Part shown: in pieces, positions 35,832 through 44,991 of the stretch
Layout: each line of letters opens with the position of its first letter
Position numbering within the stretch: the first letter of the stretch is position 1
From: Sulfurovum sp.
GTDB taxonomy: Bacteria > Campylobacterota > Campylobacteria > Campylobacterales > Sulfurovaceae
Assembly (NCBI GenBank): GCA_027062365.1
Contig: JAMOTK010000066.1
Location: forward strand, 12,782 to 76,781
Direction of reading: 5' to 3'
DNA length: 64,000 nt
The notes under the pieces: model-generated
Databases searched by the model: none
Seen by the model: only the letters and a program-made list of their open reading frames with translations
What the model was told of the DNA's origin: nothing
Translations under genes and position numbers: made by a program

Positions 35832-38771
35832 ATGTCAATAAATGAAAATACCATAGAACAAAAATTTATCAAAAAGCTAGAGGACTTAAAATATATCTAT
35901 CGCCAAGATATTCGTGATAAAAGTGCATTAGAACAAAACTTTCGAGAAAAATTTGAAGCCCTAAATAGAGTCAAGCTAAGCGATAATGAATTTTCAAGGC
36001 TTTTAGATGAGATTGTCAATCCTGATGTTTTTAAAACCTCTAAACTGCTAAGAGAAATCAACTCTTTTGAGCGAGAAGATGGTACGCCTTTACACTATAC
36101 ACTTGTTAATATCAAAAATTGGTGTAAAAACTCTTTTGAAGTGATTAATCAGCTTCGCATGAATACCAAAGATAGCTTTCATCGTTATGATGTGATTTTG
36201 CTTCTTAATGGTTTGCCACTGGTACAAATAGAGTTAAAGACTTTACAAATTAGCCCTCGTCGTGCGATGCAACAGATTATTGACTATAAAGAAGATGCAG
36301 GAAATGGATATGGCAATACGCTTCTTTCTTTTATGCAACTTTTTATGGTCTCAAATCAAAGTAATACTTACTATTTTTCAAATAATAATGCCAAACATTT
36401 TGCTTTTGATGCTGATGAGAAATTTTTACCCATCTATCAACATGCAGACAGAAAAAACAAAAAAATTGTAAATCTTGATGAATTTTGCGATGCGTTTTTA
36501 TGTAAATGTAAATTAGCTGAGATGATAAGCCGTTATATGGTTTTGGTTCAAAGTGAATCAAAGCTTATGATAATGCGACCGTATCAGATTTATGCTGTTG
36601 AGTCTATTATAGAGTGTATTGAAGACAACCGTGGAAATGGCTATATATGGCATACTACAGGAAGTGGTAAAACCCTCACTTCTTTTAAGGCTTCAACACT
36701 ATTAAAAGACAACGACAGGGTCAAAAAAGTACTTTTTGTAGTAGATAGAAAAGACCTTGACCGTCAAACACGAGAAGAGTTTAATAAATTTCAAGAAAAT
36801 TGTGTAGAAGAAAACACCAATACCCATACTTTAGTAGAGCGACTACTCTCCTCTGATTATGCTGATAAAGTCATAGTGACTACTATTCAAAAGTTGGGCT
36901 TAGCCTTAGATGCTACAAACAAAAACAACTATAAAGAAGCTTTAGCACCACTTGCTAATGAACGCATTGTTTTTATATTTGATGAGTGTCATAGAAGCCA
37001 ATTTGGTAAAAATCATACGGCTATAAAATCGTTTTTTCCTAACTCTCAACTTTTTGGCTTTACAGGTACGCCTATTTTTGACCAAAATGCACAAAGCTTG
37101 ATGATTGAAGGCGATGAGGCTTCCAAAAAGACCACCAAAGATATTTTTCAAAAAGAGCTACACAACTACACCATTACCCATGCCATAGACGATGGTAATG
37201 TGCTTCGTTTTCATATAGACTATTTTAAAGCAGAAGGTGAAAATGCTCCAAAACAAGGAGATAATCTATCAAGCAAAGCAGTAGCCGAAGCGATATTAGA
37301 AAAACATAATAAAGTCACAGCCCATAAAAAGTTTAATGCCATTCTTGCAACAAGTTCTATTAACCATGCTATAGAGTATTTTCATCATTTTAAAGAGCTT
37401 GAGCATGATTTAAATATTGCTTGTGTATTTTCTCCTCCTGCTGAGGGCAACAGAGACATCAAACAGTTACAAGAAGACTTACCCACAGAAGCCCAAGACA
37501 ACAAAATAGAACCCAATCTAAAAAAAGAGGCACTCAAAGAGATTATAGATGATTATAATACGCTTTTTAATACCAATCACAACTTAAACAATTTTGATGT
37601 CTATTACCAAGATATACAAACGCGTATTAAAAATCAAAAATATGCTAATGCTGATTTGGCTCATTCTGAAAAACTAGATATTGTTATTGTTGTAGATATG
37701 CTTTTGACGGGTTTTGATTCTAAGTTTTTAAATACTCTTTATGTAGATAAAAACCTAAACTATCACGGACTCATACAAGCCTTTTCACGAACCAATAGGG
37801 TATTAAACGATACAAAACCCTATGGAAACATCTTGGACTTTCGTTCACAACAAAATGCAGTCGATGAAGCCATTGCACTTTTTTCTGGCGAAGATACAAG
37901 TACGCCCAAAGAGATATGGCTAGTTGACCCAGCTCCTCAAACCATAGAGAAGTTTAAGATTGCTACCCAAAAGTTAGAAGACTTTATGACGGCTCATCAT
38001 TTAGAAAACCAACCCCATGAAATAGCCAACCTCAAAGGTGACGAAGCAAGAGCAGAGTTCATAAATACCTTCAAAGAGATACAACGCTTAAAAACACAGC
38101 TAGACCAACACAGCGATTTGAATACCCAACAGCTAGAAACCATAGAAGAGACACTCTCTACAGACAATTTAAGGGCGTTTAAATCTATGTACCTAGAAAC
38201 AGCCAAAAGACTACAAAACAAAAGAGACAAAGGCGAAGAAGTCTCGCCCCAAGTAGAACAGCTTGATTTTGAGTTTGTACTTTTTGCTTCTAGTTTGATT
38301 GATTACGATTATATCATGGGGCTAATTGCTAAATATTCAGGAGCAGAAACCACAAAGCAAAAGATGAGCAAAGCACAGCTCATAAGCCTACTAAAATCCA
38401 ATGCAAACATGATGGAAGAACAAGAAGATATGATAAACTATATCAATAGCCTTCAAATGGATATAGCGTTAAATGAAGACAGTATCAAAAACGGCTATGA
38501 AGCCTTTAAATCTAGTCAAAACAACGAAGAGCTAGAAGAGATGGCAAAAAATCATGGCTTAGAATACTCAAAACTTAAAGACTTTGTAGATAAAGTATTA
38601 AACAGACACATCTTTGACGGCGAAGACCTCACCGACCTACTAGAACCTCTAGGGCTTGGATGGAAAGCAAGAAGACTCAAAGAGTTAGCACTCATGGAAG
38701 AGCTGAGTCCACTACTTAAAAAGATGGCAAAGGGTAGAGCGTTGTCAGGATTGGAGGCTTATGATGAGTAG
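35832..38771 (+). CDS. hsdR: Type I restriction enzyme, R subunit
   Basis: 979 aa. N-terminal PD-(D/E)xK (YDVILLLNGLPLVQIELK), helicase motif I WHTTGSGKTLT, motif II FIFDECHRSQ, and later VVDMLLTGFDS and FSRTNR. Confidence 0.92.
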   Translation: MSINENTIEQKFIKKLEDLKYIYRQDIRDKSALEQNFREKFEALNRVKLSDNEFSRLLDEIVNPDVFKTSKLLREINSFEREDGTPLHYTLVNIKNWCKNSFEVINQLRMNTKDSFHRYDVILLLNGLPLVQIELKTLQISPRRAMQQIIDYKEDAGNGYGNTLLSFMQLFMVSNQSNTYYFSNNNAKHFAFDADEKFLPIYQHADRKNKKIVNLDEFCDAFLCKCKLAEMISRYMVLVQSESKLMIMRPYQIYAVESIIECIEDNRGNGYIWHTTGSGKTLTSFKASTLLKDNDRVKKVLFVVDRKDLDRQTREEFNKFQENCVEENTNTHTLVERLLSSDYADKVIVTTIQKLGLALDATNKNNYKEALAPLANERIVFIFDECHRSQFGKNHTAIKSFFPNSQLFGFTGTPIFDQNAQSLMIEGDEASKKTTKDIFQKELHNYTITHAIDDGNVLRFHIDYFKAEGENAPKQGDNLSSKAVAEAILEKHNKVTAHKKFNAILATSSINHAIEYFHHFKELEHDLNIACVFSPPAEGNRDIKQLQEDLPTEAQDNKIEPNLKKEALKEIIDDYNTLFNTNHNLNNFDVYYQDIQTRIKNQKYANADLAHSEKLDIVIVVDMLLTGFDSKFLNTLYVDKNLNYHGLIQAFSRTNRVLNDTKPYGNILDFRSQQNAVDEAIALFSGEDTSTPKEIWLVDPAPQTIEKFKIATQKLEDFMTAHHLENQPHEIANLKGDEARAEFINTFKEIQRLKTQLDQHSDLNTQQLETIEETLSTDNLRAFKSMYLETAKRLQNKRDKGEEVSPQVEQLDFEFVLFASSLIDYDYIMGLIAKYSGAETTKQKMSKAQLISLLKSNANMMEEQEDMINYINSLQMDIALNEDSIKNGYEAFKSSQNNEELEEMAKNHGLEYSKLKDFVDKVLNRHIFDGEDLTDLLEPLGLGWKARRLKELALMEELSPLLKKMAKGRALSGLEAYDE

Positions 38772-39960
38772 ATTAGTACCTAAACTTAGGTTTGAGGAGT
38801 TTAGTGGGGAGTGGGAGGAGAAACAAATTGGTGATTTTTTTACTGCTTTCAGTGGTGGAACTCCATCAAGTACTAATAAGAATTATTATGGTGGTAATAT
38901 TCCTTTTATCCGTTCAGCAGAAATTAATAAAGAAAAAACAGAATTATTTTTAACAAAAAAAGGACTTGATAATTCATCAGCAAAATATGTAAATAAAGGA
39001 GATGTTTTATATGCACTTTATGGTGCAAATAGTGGTGATGTAGGAGTTTCTAGGATAAAAGGAGCAATAAATCAAGCTATTTTATGTTTACATTCAAAAG
39101 AATCTAATCATAAATTTTTATTTTATTATTTAACAAAAGAAAAGAAAAATATAATTGATAAATATATTCAAGGAGGACAAGGAAACTTGTCTGGAAATAT
39201 TGTTAAATCTATTTCTATTTATCTTCCAACCCCAAAAGAACAAAAAAAAATCGCCAACACCCTAAGCTCTCTTGACAATCTCATAGAAGCACAAAGCAAA
39301 AAAGTAGAAGTTCTTAAAAAGCATAAAAAAGGCTTGATGCAAAAGCTTTTTCCTAAAGATGGGGAGAGATTGCCTGAATTTAGATTTGAGGGGTTTTTGG
39401 GGGATTGGGAGGAAATAAAGCTTGGAAGCATAGGTAAAGTATCTATGTGTAAAAGAATTTTGAAAGACCAAACGACTATATATGGAGATATACCTTTCTA
39501 TAAAATAGGTACTTTTGGAAAAGAAGCAGATGCTTATATTAGTAAAGAAATTTATGAAAAATATAAAAATAAATATTCGTTTCCTAAAAAAGGTGATATT
39601 TTAATATCAGCATCTGGAACAATAGGAAGGTTAGTAGTTTATAATGGAATAAATGCATATTTTCAAGATTCTAATATAGTTTGGATTGATAATAATGAAA
39701 TAATTATAAAAAATTCTTTTCTTTATTTTTGTTATAAAAATGTTAAATGGAATACAGATAATAATACTATTGCAAGATTATATAATGATAATCTAAGAAG
39801 TATGAAAATAAAAATTCCAAAATTAACCGAACAAAAAAAAATAGCCCAAACACTAAGCTCTCTTGACAATCTAATAGAAGCACAAAGCAAAAAAATAGAA
39901 ACACTTAAAGCACATAAAAAAGGCTTGATGCAACAGATGTTTGTGAGTGGGGAGGGTTAG
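38761..39960 (+). CDS. hsdS: Type I restriction enzyme, S (specificity) subunit with two target-recognition domains
   Basis: Two AT-rich variable TRDs separated by near-duplicate conserved helices: EQKKIANTLSSLDNLIEAQSKKVEVLKKHKKGLMQKLF and EQKKIAQTLSSLDNLIEAQSKKIETLKAHKKGLMQQMF. It overlaps the hsdR stop. Confidence 0.9.
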   Translation: MMSRLVPKLRFEEFSGEWEEKQIGDFFTAFSGGTPSSTNKNYYGGNIPFIRSAEINKEKTELFLTKKGLDNSSAKYVNKGDVLYALYGANSGDVGVSRIKGAINQAILCLHSKESNHKFLFYYLTKEKKNIIDKYIQGGQGNLSGNIVKSISIYLPTPKEQKKIANTLSSLDNLIEAQSKKVEVLKKHKKGLMQKLFPKDGERLPEFRFEGFLGDWEEIKLGSIGKVSMCKRILKDQTTIYGDIPFYKIGTFGKEADAYISKEIYEKYKNKYSFPKKGDILISASGTIGRLVVYNGINAYFQDSNIVWIDNNEIIIKNSFLYFCYKNVKWNTDNNTIARLYNDNLRSMKIKIPKLTEQKKIAQTLSSLDNLIEAQSKKIETLKAHKKGLMQQMFVSGEG

Positions 39961-40722
39961 ATGAGGTTGACATTTTTTGAAATAGAGGCGATTACAACAA
40001 GTTTTAAAGAGGTTTTTGGAAGTGAGAAGATTTATCTTTTTGGTTCTCGTGTGGATGATAGTGTAAAAGGTGGAGATATAGACCTTTATATTGTCACCCA
40101 AAACAAAGAAAATCTAAACAGCAAAAAGATAGACTTTTTAGTGAAGCTAAAAGAAAAAATAGGCAATCAAAAAATAGATGTCGTTATCTCACGAGATACA
40201 AATAGGACGATAGAACAAGATGCTATACATAATGGAGTAGAATTGGATACTAAAATATTAAAAATGCAGAAATATTTAAATGAGTGTAATAAACATAAAA
40301 TTAGAATAGAAAAATCTTATGCAAAAGTGAAAGAAATCTTTCCATTATCTGCACCAAGATACGAGAGCTTAAATGATGATGAGATTGAAGCAATAGACCA
40401 ATACCTTTTTAGATTTTCTAAACTTCAAGATATTTTAGGTAAAAGAGTGTTTAGAATGATTGTATCTGAGTATGAAGATAATATAAATGAATTGACTTTT
40501 TTGGATATATTGAATAGACTAGAAAAGATAGGTGTGTTAGACGATGGAAATATATGGAAAAAATTAAGAGATGTTAGAAATGATATTTCACATCAATACG
40601 ATGATGAAGCAGAAGAGATGGCAGAGGCTTTAAATAATATTTTTGCATACAAAACTGAGTTGATTGCAATTTTTGATAAAATAGAGATTTTTGTAAACAA
40701 AGGGTATAGCAATGAGCGATGA
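39961..40722 (+). CDS. Fusion protein: minimal nucleotidyltransferase (MntA-like) N-domain plus HEPN (HepT/DUF86-like) C-domain
   Basis: NTase motif LFGSRVDDSVKGGDIDLYI (GS-x10-DxD). HEPN motif W.KLRDVRNDISHQY (Rx4HxY; codons at 40576-40599). The ATG abuts the hsdS TAG, and the gene's 3' end overlaps hsdM by 11 nt. Confidence 0.7.
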   Translation: MRLTFFEIEAITTSFKEVFGSEKIYLFGSRVDDSVKGGDIDLYIVTQNKENLNSKKIDFLVKLKEKIGNQKIDVVISRDTNRTIEQDAIHNGVELDTKILKMQKYLNECNKHKIRIEKSYAKVKEIFPLSAPRYESLNDDEIEAIDQYLFRFSKLQDILGKRVFRMIVSEYEDNINELTFLDILNRLEKIGVLDDGNIWKKLRDVRNDISHQYDDEAEEMAEALNNIFAYKTELIAIFDKIEIFVNKGYSNER

Positions 40723-42319
40723 ACAAGAAAAAGAGTTAGGTACGATACTTTGGGCTATAGCCGATGATTTGCGAGGGGCGATGAATGCTGATGATTTTAG
40801 AGATTATATGCTCTCATTTTTGTTTTTGCGATACCTTTGTGACAACTATGAAGAAGCAGTCAAAAAAGAGTTAGGGTCTGATTATCCGATAGTGAGCGAA
40901 GAAGATAATCGTACGCCTTTGGCTGTTTGGTATGAAGAGAATGAAGAAGACATAAAACCTTTTGAAGAGCAGATGCGTAAAAAAGTGCATTATGTTATAG
41001 AGCCTAAGTTTTTATGGACTGCTATAGCAGAACTAGCAAGAACACAAAACTCTGCATTACTTAAGACTTTGGAAGAGGGATTTACCTATATAGAAAACGA
41101 ATCGTTTTCAACGGCGTTTGATGGACTGTTTTCAGAGATTAATTTGAGTTCTGAAAAGTTGGGAAAAGACTATGCCAAACGCAATGAAAAGCTTTGTAAG
41201 ATTATCACTAAAATCGCCGAGGGTATTGCAAAGTTTTCAAATGATGCTGATGTATTGGGTGATGCTTATGAGTATCTCATCGGTAAGTTTGCATCAGGTG
41301 CTGGAAAAAGTGCAGGAGAGTTTTATACCCCTCAACCCATCTCTACTATACTCTCTCGTATTGTCTCTCTTGATAGTCAAGACCCTAGCACAGGGTTGAA
41401 GAAAAAGCTCAATTGCGTGTTTGACTTTGCTTGTGGTTCGGGTTCGCTTTTGTTGAATGTGCGAAATCAGATGGGTAGTCATGGCATAGGTAAAATATAC
41501 GGTCAAGAGAAAAACATAACAACCTATAACCTCGCACGAATGAATATGCTTTTGCATGGGGTTAAAGACAGTGAATTTGAGATACATCATGGTGATTCTT
41601 TGCTCAATGAATGGGATGTCTTAGCAGAAGAAAACCCTGCTAAAAAGATGCACTTTGATGCTATTGTAGCAAATCCTCCTTTTTCTCTTCGTTATGACCC
41701 TAGCGATGAATTGGCAAAAGACTTTAGATTTAAAAATCACGGCTTAGCACCCAAATCGGCAGCTGATTTTGCCTTTTTGTTGCATGGCTTTCACTTTTTG
41801 GACAAAGAGGGGACGATGGCTATTATATTACCTCATGGTGTATTATTTCGTGGTGGGGCAGAAGCTCGTATCAGAACCAAGCTACTACAAGATGGGCATA
41901 TTGATACGGTGATAGGATTACCTGCTAAACTCTTTTTTTCTACGGGTATTCCTGTGTGTATATTGGTACTCAAAAAGTGTAAAAAGTCTGATGATGTGCT
42001 TTTTGTCAATGCCAGTGAGCATTTTACTAAAGGGAAGAAACAAAATCATTTAAGCCGTGATGATATAGATAAAATTGTAGATACTTATAGCCACAGAAAA
42101 GAAGAGATACGATATTCTCGTGCTGTGTCACTTGAAGAGATAGAGAAAAATGACTTTAATTTGAATATCTCTCGTTATGTTAGCACGGCAAAGCCTGAAG
42201 CTATTATTGATTTAGAGGAAGTGAATAGTAAATTAGGGAAGCTTGAAAAGGATATTAAGAAGTTTAGAGATGAGCATAATGTGTATTTAGCAGCGTTGGG
42301 ATTAGATATTTTAGCATAG
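40712..42319 (+). CDS. hsdM: Type I restriction enzyme, M subunit (N6-adenine DNA methyltransferase)
   Basis: HsdM N-terminal domain (LWAIADDLRG...FRDYMLSFLFLRYL), AdoMet motif FDFACGSGSLLL and catalytic IVANPPFS. Confidence 0.92.
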   Translation: MSDEQEKELGTILWAIADDLRGAMNADDFRDYMLSFLFLRYLCDNYEEAVKKELGSDYPIVSEEDNRTPLAVWYEENEEDIKPFEEQMRKKVHYVIEPKFLWTAIAELARTQNSALLKTLEEGFTYIENESFSTAFDGLFSEINLSSEKLGKDYAKRNEKLCKIITKIAEGIAKFSNDADVLGDAYEYLIGKFASGAGKSAGEFYTPQPISTILSRIVSLDSQDPSTGLKKKLNCVFDFACGSGSLLLNVRNQMGSHGIGKIYGQEKNITTYNLARMNMLLHGVKDSEFEIHHGDSLLNEWDVLAEENPAKKMHFDAIVANPPFSLRYDPSDELAKDFRFKNHGLAPKSAADFAFLLHGFHFLDKEGTMAIILPHGVLFRGGAEARIRTKLLQDGHIDTVIGLPAKLFFSTGIPVCILVLKKCKKSDDVLFVNASEHFTKGKKQNHLSRDDIDKIVDTYSHRKEEIRYSRAVSLEEIEKNDFNLNISRYVSTAKPEAIIDLEEVNSKLGKLEKDIKKFRDEHNVYLAALGLDILA

Positions 42320-42367
42320 ATATTAAAGGATATGAGATTGTAATAATAACATGGCTATAATACTTTC

Positions 42368-44266
42368 ATGATTTATTATATTTACACCCAAAAAGAGTTG
42401 GTATTTGTTGAGAAAGTAAAAGAGTATTTACAAGAGCATCTAAAAGAAAAAGAGGTGGTGTATCTTTCTTTTGATGACTTGGATACTTTGGATATTAGCA
42501 AGGTTTCGCATCTGTTGGTTACAGGGTGCTTGGAGAAAATCAAGCGTCTTTTGACGATAGCTCATAAAAATACTTTGAGTGTGGGTATCATCCCTCTTTT
42601 GGCACAAAAGGAGCTGATACGTACCTTTGATTTACCTACAAAGACCAAAGAGGCTGTCGTCCTTGCACTTACACCGACACAAAAGCATATAGACTTACTT
42701 TATGCCAATGATATGATGGTACTTCAAGAAGTGGTCGTAGGAGATGCACCTCCTCTTGATAGTTTTGATTCAGCACTCAATGGCAAAACATATCTTGATA
42801 GAATCAAAATATTTTGGAAGACCCTTAGAAAAGTACAAACCCTCAGACATACCAAAATGAAAATCACCGATGCCAAAGAAAATGAGATAAAGTTTTCGGC
42901 TGTAGGGGTAGTAGGGGTAGAGTATCATAACCATACATTTGCATCTAAGCTACTGGCTTCTGGACTCTCTTCTAATGATGGTAAACTCTCTATCGTGATA
43001 CTCTCTCCTACGTCTATACTCCAATATATGGGGTATCTATTTAAGGCGTTGGTGTCTCATCTTACCCCTAAGGTTCTGCCTGATTCTGTAGGGGTTATGC
43101 GTTCTAGTCAGCTGTATATTGAGACCCAAAAGCCATTAGAAGTGCTAGTAGATTCGAGTACTTTGGGGCAAACACCTGTGCTACTAAAGGTCAAAGAAAA
43201 GGCATTGGCTTTGAGTGTGGGTACAGTATTTTGGGAACAACAAAACCAAAAAAATACACTCAAAGATAGTATAAAAGTAGATAATCTACCCTCTGATGAA
43301 GAGAGAGTCTCTTATTTGAGTGAGGCGATACCACTCTTTGCACATGCAAGTAAAGCACAGTATGCGTCACTCTTTAGTAATCTTAGAGAAGAGAGCCGAG
43401 TGACACAAAATTTTATGGTATTGCTCATCTTATCTACGATGTTGGCTACTTTTGGACTTTTTATTAACTCTTCTTCTATTATCATTGGGGCGATGATTTT
43501 AGCACCCTTGATGCAACCTATCGTGAGCCTTAGCATGGGAGTGCTTCGTCAAGACAGCACTTTGGAGATACATGGTGCGAAGAGTATCATGGTAGGGGTG
43601 TTGGTGGTACTAGCTACGTCAGCACTTTTGGCACTTTTTACCCCTATAGAGCGTCTTACTACAGAGATGATAGGACGTTTAAGCCCTACTATTTTAGACC
43701 TTTTTGTGGCGATTGTTTCAGGGGCTGCTGCTGCGTATGTAAAATCAAATGAAAAGATATTGGGTAGTCTAGCAGGGGTAGCCATAGCCGTGGCATTGGT
43801 CCCTCCTATCGCTGTGGCTGGTATAGGCTTGGGTTGGGGTGATTGGAGTATGTTTTCTATGGCTTTTTTACTCTTTATTACCAACCTTGTGGGCATTGTC
43901 CTCTCGGCTGCGTTTACCTTTGCTATCTTGGGCTTTTCTCCTTTGCACCTTGCCAAAAAAGGAATACTCACATGGATGATTATCGTCACTATCGTCTCTA
44001 TCCCACTCTATAGCTCTTTTGTAAAAATGGAAGAAAAAGTAGCCATCCAAACGACACTTTCCAATATGGAGTTTAGTATAGGAAGACATGAGATTATACT
44101 AACTAACATAGAAATTTGGCACCGTCAACCCCTCGATGAGATACACTGTGAAGTTATTAGTACAGGTATTCTTAATAGCGAAGAAAAAAAGATGCTCAAA
44201 GAAGCCATACTCAACAGTATAGGCAAAGAGTTTGTGTTGATTGTTACTTTTATGTATCGATTGTAA
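42368..44266 (+). CDS. DUF389-family integral membrane protein with a ~330-aa N-terminal lipid-kinase-like domain that lacks the GGDGT motif
   Basis: C-terminal region LILSTMLATFGLFINSSSIIIGAMILAPLMQPIVSLSMGV ... VALVPPIAVAGIGLG is typical of DUF389. The N-terminal layout parallels 53513-54193, but HLLVTGCLEKIKRLL sits where GGDGT would be. Confidence 0.6.
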   Translation: MIYYIYTQKELVFVEKVKEYLQEHLKEKEVVYLSFDDLDTLDISKVSHLLVTGCLEKIKRLLTIAHKNTLSVGIIPLLAQKELIRTFDLPTKTKEAVVLALTPTQKHIDLLYANDMMVLQEVVVGDAPPLDSFDSALNGKTYLDRIKIFWKTLRKVQTLRHTKMKITDAKENEIKFSAVGVVGVEYHNHTFASKLLASGLSSNDGKLSIVILSPTSILQYMGYLFKALVSHLTPKVLPDSVGVMRSSQLYIETQKPLEVLVDSSTLGQTPVLLKVKEKALALSVGTVFWEQQNQKNTLKDSIKVDNLPSDEERVSYLSEAIPLFAHASKAQYASLFSNLREESRVTQNFMVLLILSTMLATFGLFINSSSIIIGAMILAPLMQPIVSLSMGVLRQDSTLEIHGAKSIMVGVLVVLATSALLALFTPIERLTTEMIGRLSPTILDLFVAIVSGAAAAYVKSNEKILGSLAGVAIAVALVPPIAVAGIGLGWGDWSMFSMAFLLFITNLVGIVLSAAFTFAILGFSPLHLAKKGILTWMIIVTIVSIPLYSSFVKMEEKVAIQTTLSNMEFSIGRHEIILTNIEIWHRQPLDEIHCEVISTGILNSEEKKMLKEAILNSIGKEFVLIVTFMYRL

Positions 44267-44293
44267 AATAAATATAATGCTCTTAGATTAGTA

Positions 44294-44302
44294 TGCTATA
44301 CT
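44294..44302 (+). promoter_or_regulatory. Extended -10-like box TGcTATACT upstream of the glutathione peroxidase gene
   Basis: agtaTGCTATACTctt lies 19 nt upstream of the ATG (RBS AAGGAG). Confidence 0.4.
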
Positions 44303-44320
44303 CTTTGCAAAGGAGTAGCC

Positions 44321-44887
44321 ATGTCTACATTATTTAAATTTTTATTGATTACGTTATTTACACTTTCTCTATCTACATTTTCTCTCAATGCAGGAGCATC
44401 TATGCAACACTTTTATGACTTTGAAGCCAATGATATTACAGGTAAAGCCGTCTCTATGTCTACGTATAAAGGCAAAGTTGTTTTGGTGGTCAATGTGGCA
44501 AGTGAGTGTGGATTTACGCCACAATATAAAGGCTTAGAAAAACTTTATCAAACCTACCGTAAACAAGGCTTAGAAGTCATCGGCTTTCCTTGTAATCAAT
44601 TTGGAGGACAAGAACCTGCTTCAGAAAAAGAGATACAAAACTTTTGTATGGTCAACTTTGGTGTGACCTTTCCCCTTTTTGAAAAGATAGAAGTCAACGG
44701 TAAGCATACCCATCCTCTGTATCGTTTTCTCAAAAAAGAAGCCACAGGGTTTTTGGGAACAGAAGGGATTAAATGGAATTTTACTAAGTTTTTGATAGAC
44801 AAATCAGGTAAGGTTATCAAACGCTATGGCTCATCTACTGAACCAAAAGAAATGGCTTCCGATATTGAAAAGTACTTGAGTCGCTAA
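44321..44887 (+). CDS. Glutathione peroxidase family protein (Cys type) with an N-terminal signal peptide
   Basis: [16 protein letters not shown]...[12 protein letters not shown]...WNFTKFLI. The catalytic residue is encoded by TGT (Cys), not TGA. Confidence 0.88.
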   Translation: MSTLFKFLLITLFTLSLSTFSLNAGASMQHFYDFEANDITGKAVSMSTYKGKVVLVVNVASECGFTPQYKGLEKLYQTYRKQGLEVIGFPCNQFGGQEPASEKEIQNFCMVNFGVTFPLFEKIEVNGKHTHPLYRFLKKEATGFLGTEGIKWNFTKFLIDKSGKVIKRYGSSTEPKEMASDIEKYLSR

Positions 44888-44900
44888 ACCTTGGATTACT

Positions 44901-44990
44901 AGAGTTCTTGCAAAACTAGGAAACGATGGCTTTAGCCTCGTCTTGTTCGGGTGTAAACACTCCGATTCCAAAGAGTTTTGCAAGAAATCT
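44901..44990 (-). repeat. ~90-nt intergenic hairpin repeat, copy B (inverted relative to copy A)
   Basis: AGAGTTCTTGCAAAACTAGGAAACGATGGCTTTAGCCTCGTCTTGTTCGGGTGTAAACACTCCGATTCCAAAGAGTTTTGCAAGAAATCT. Its terminal arms TTCTTGCAAAACT / AGTTTTGCAAGAA are perfectly complementary. It fills the gap between the convergent gpx and AsmA-like genes. Confidence 0.85.
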
Positions 44991-44991
44991 A

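Noticed and set aside
44321-44887. A possible selenocysteine in the glutathione peroxidase
   Set aside because: The catalytic position is a TGT Cys codon (…ASECGFT…). There is no in-frame TGA and no need for a SECIS element.
35707-44990. The repeat-bracketed block read as a composite transposon or IS-flanked element
   Set aside because: No transposase, integrase or recombinase ORF is present. The repeats are only ~90 bp long, fold into hairpins, and a shortened copy occurs elsewhere. That fits a REP/MITE-like intergenic element better than IS ends.
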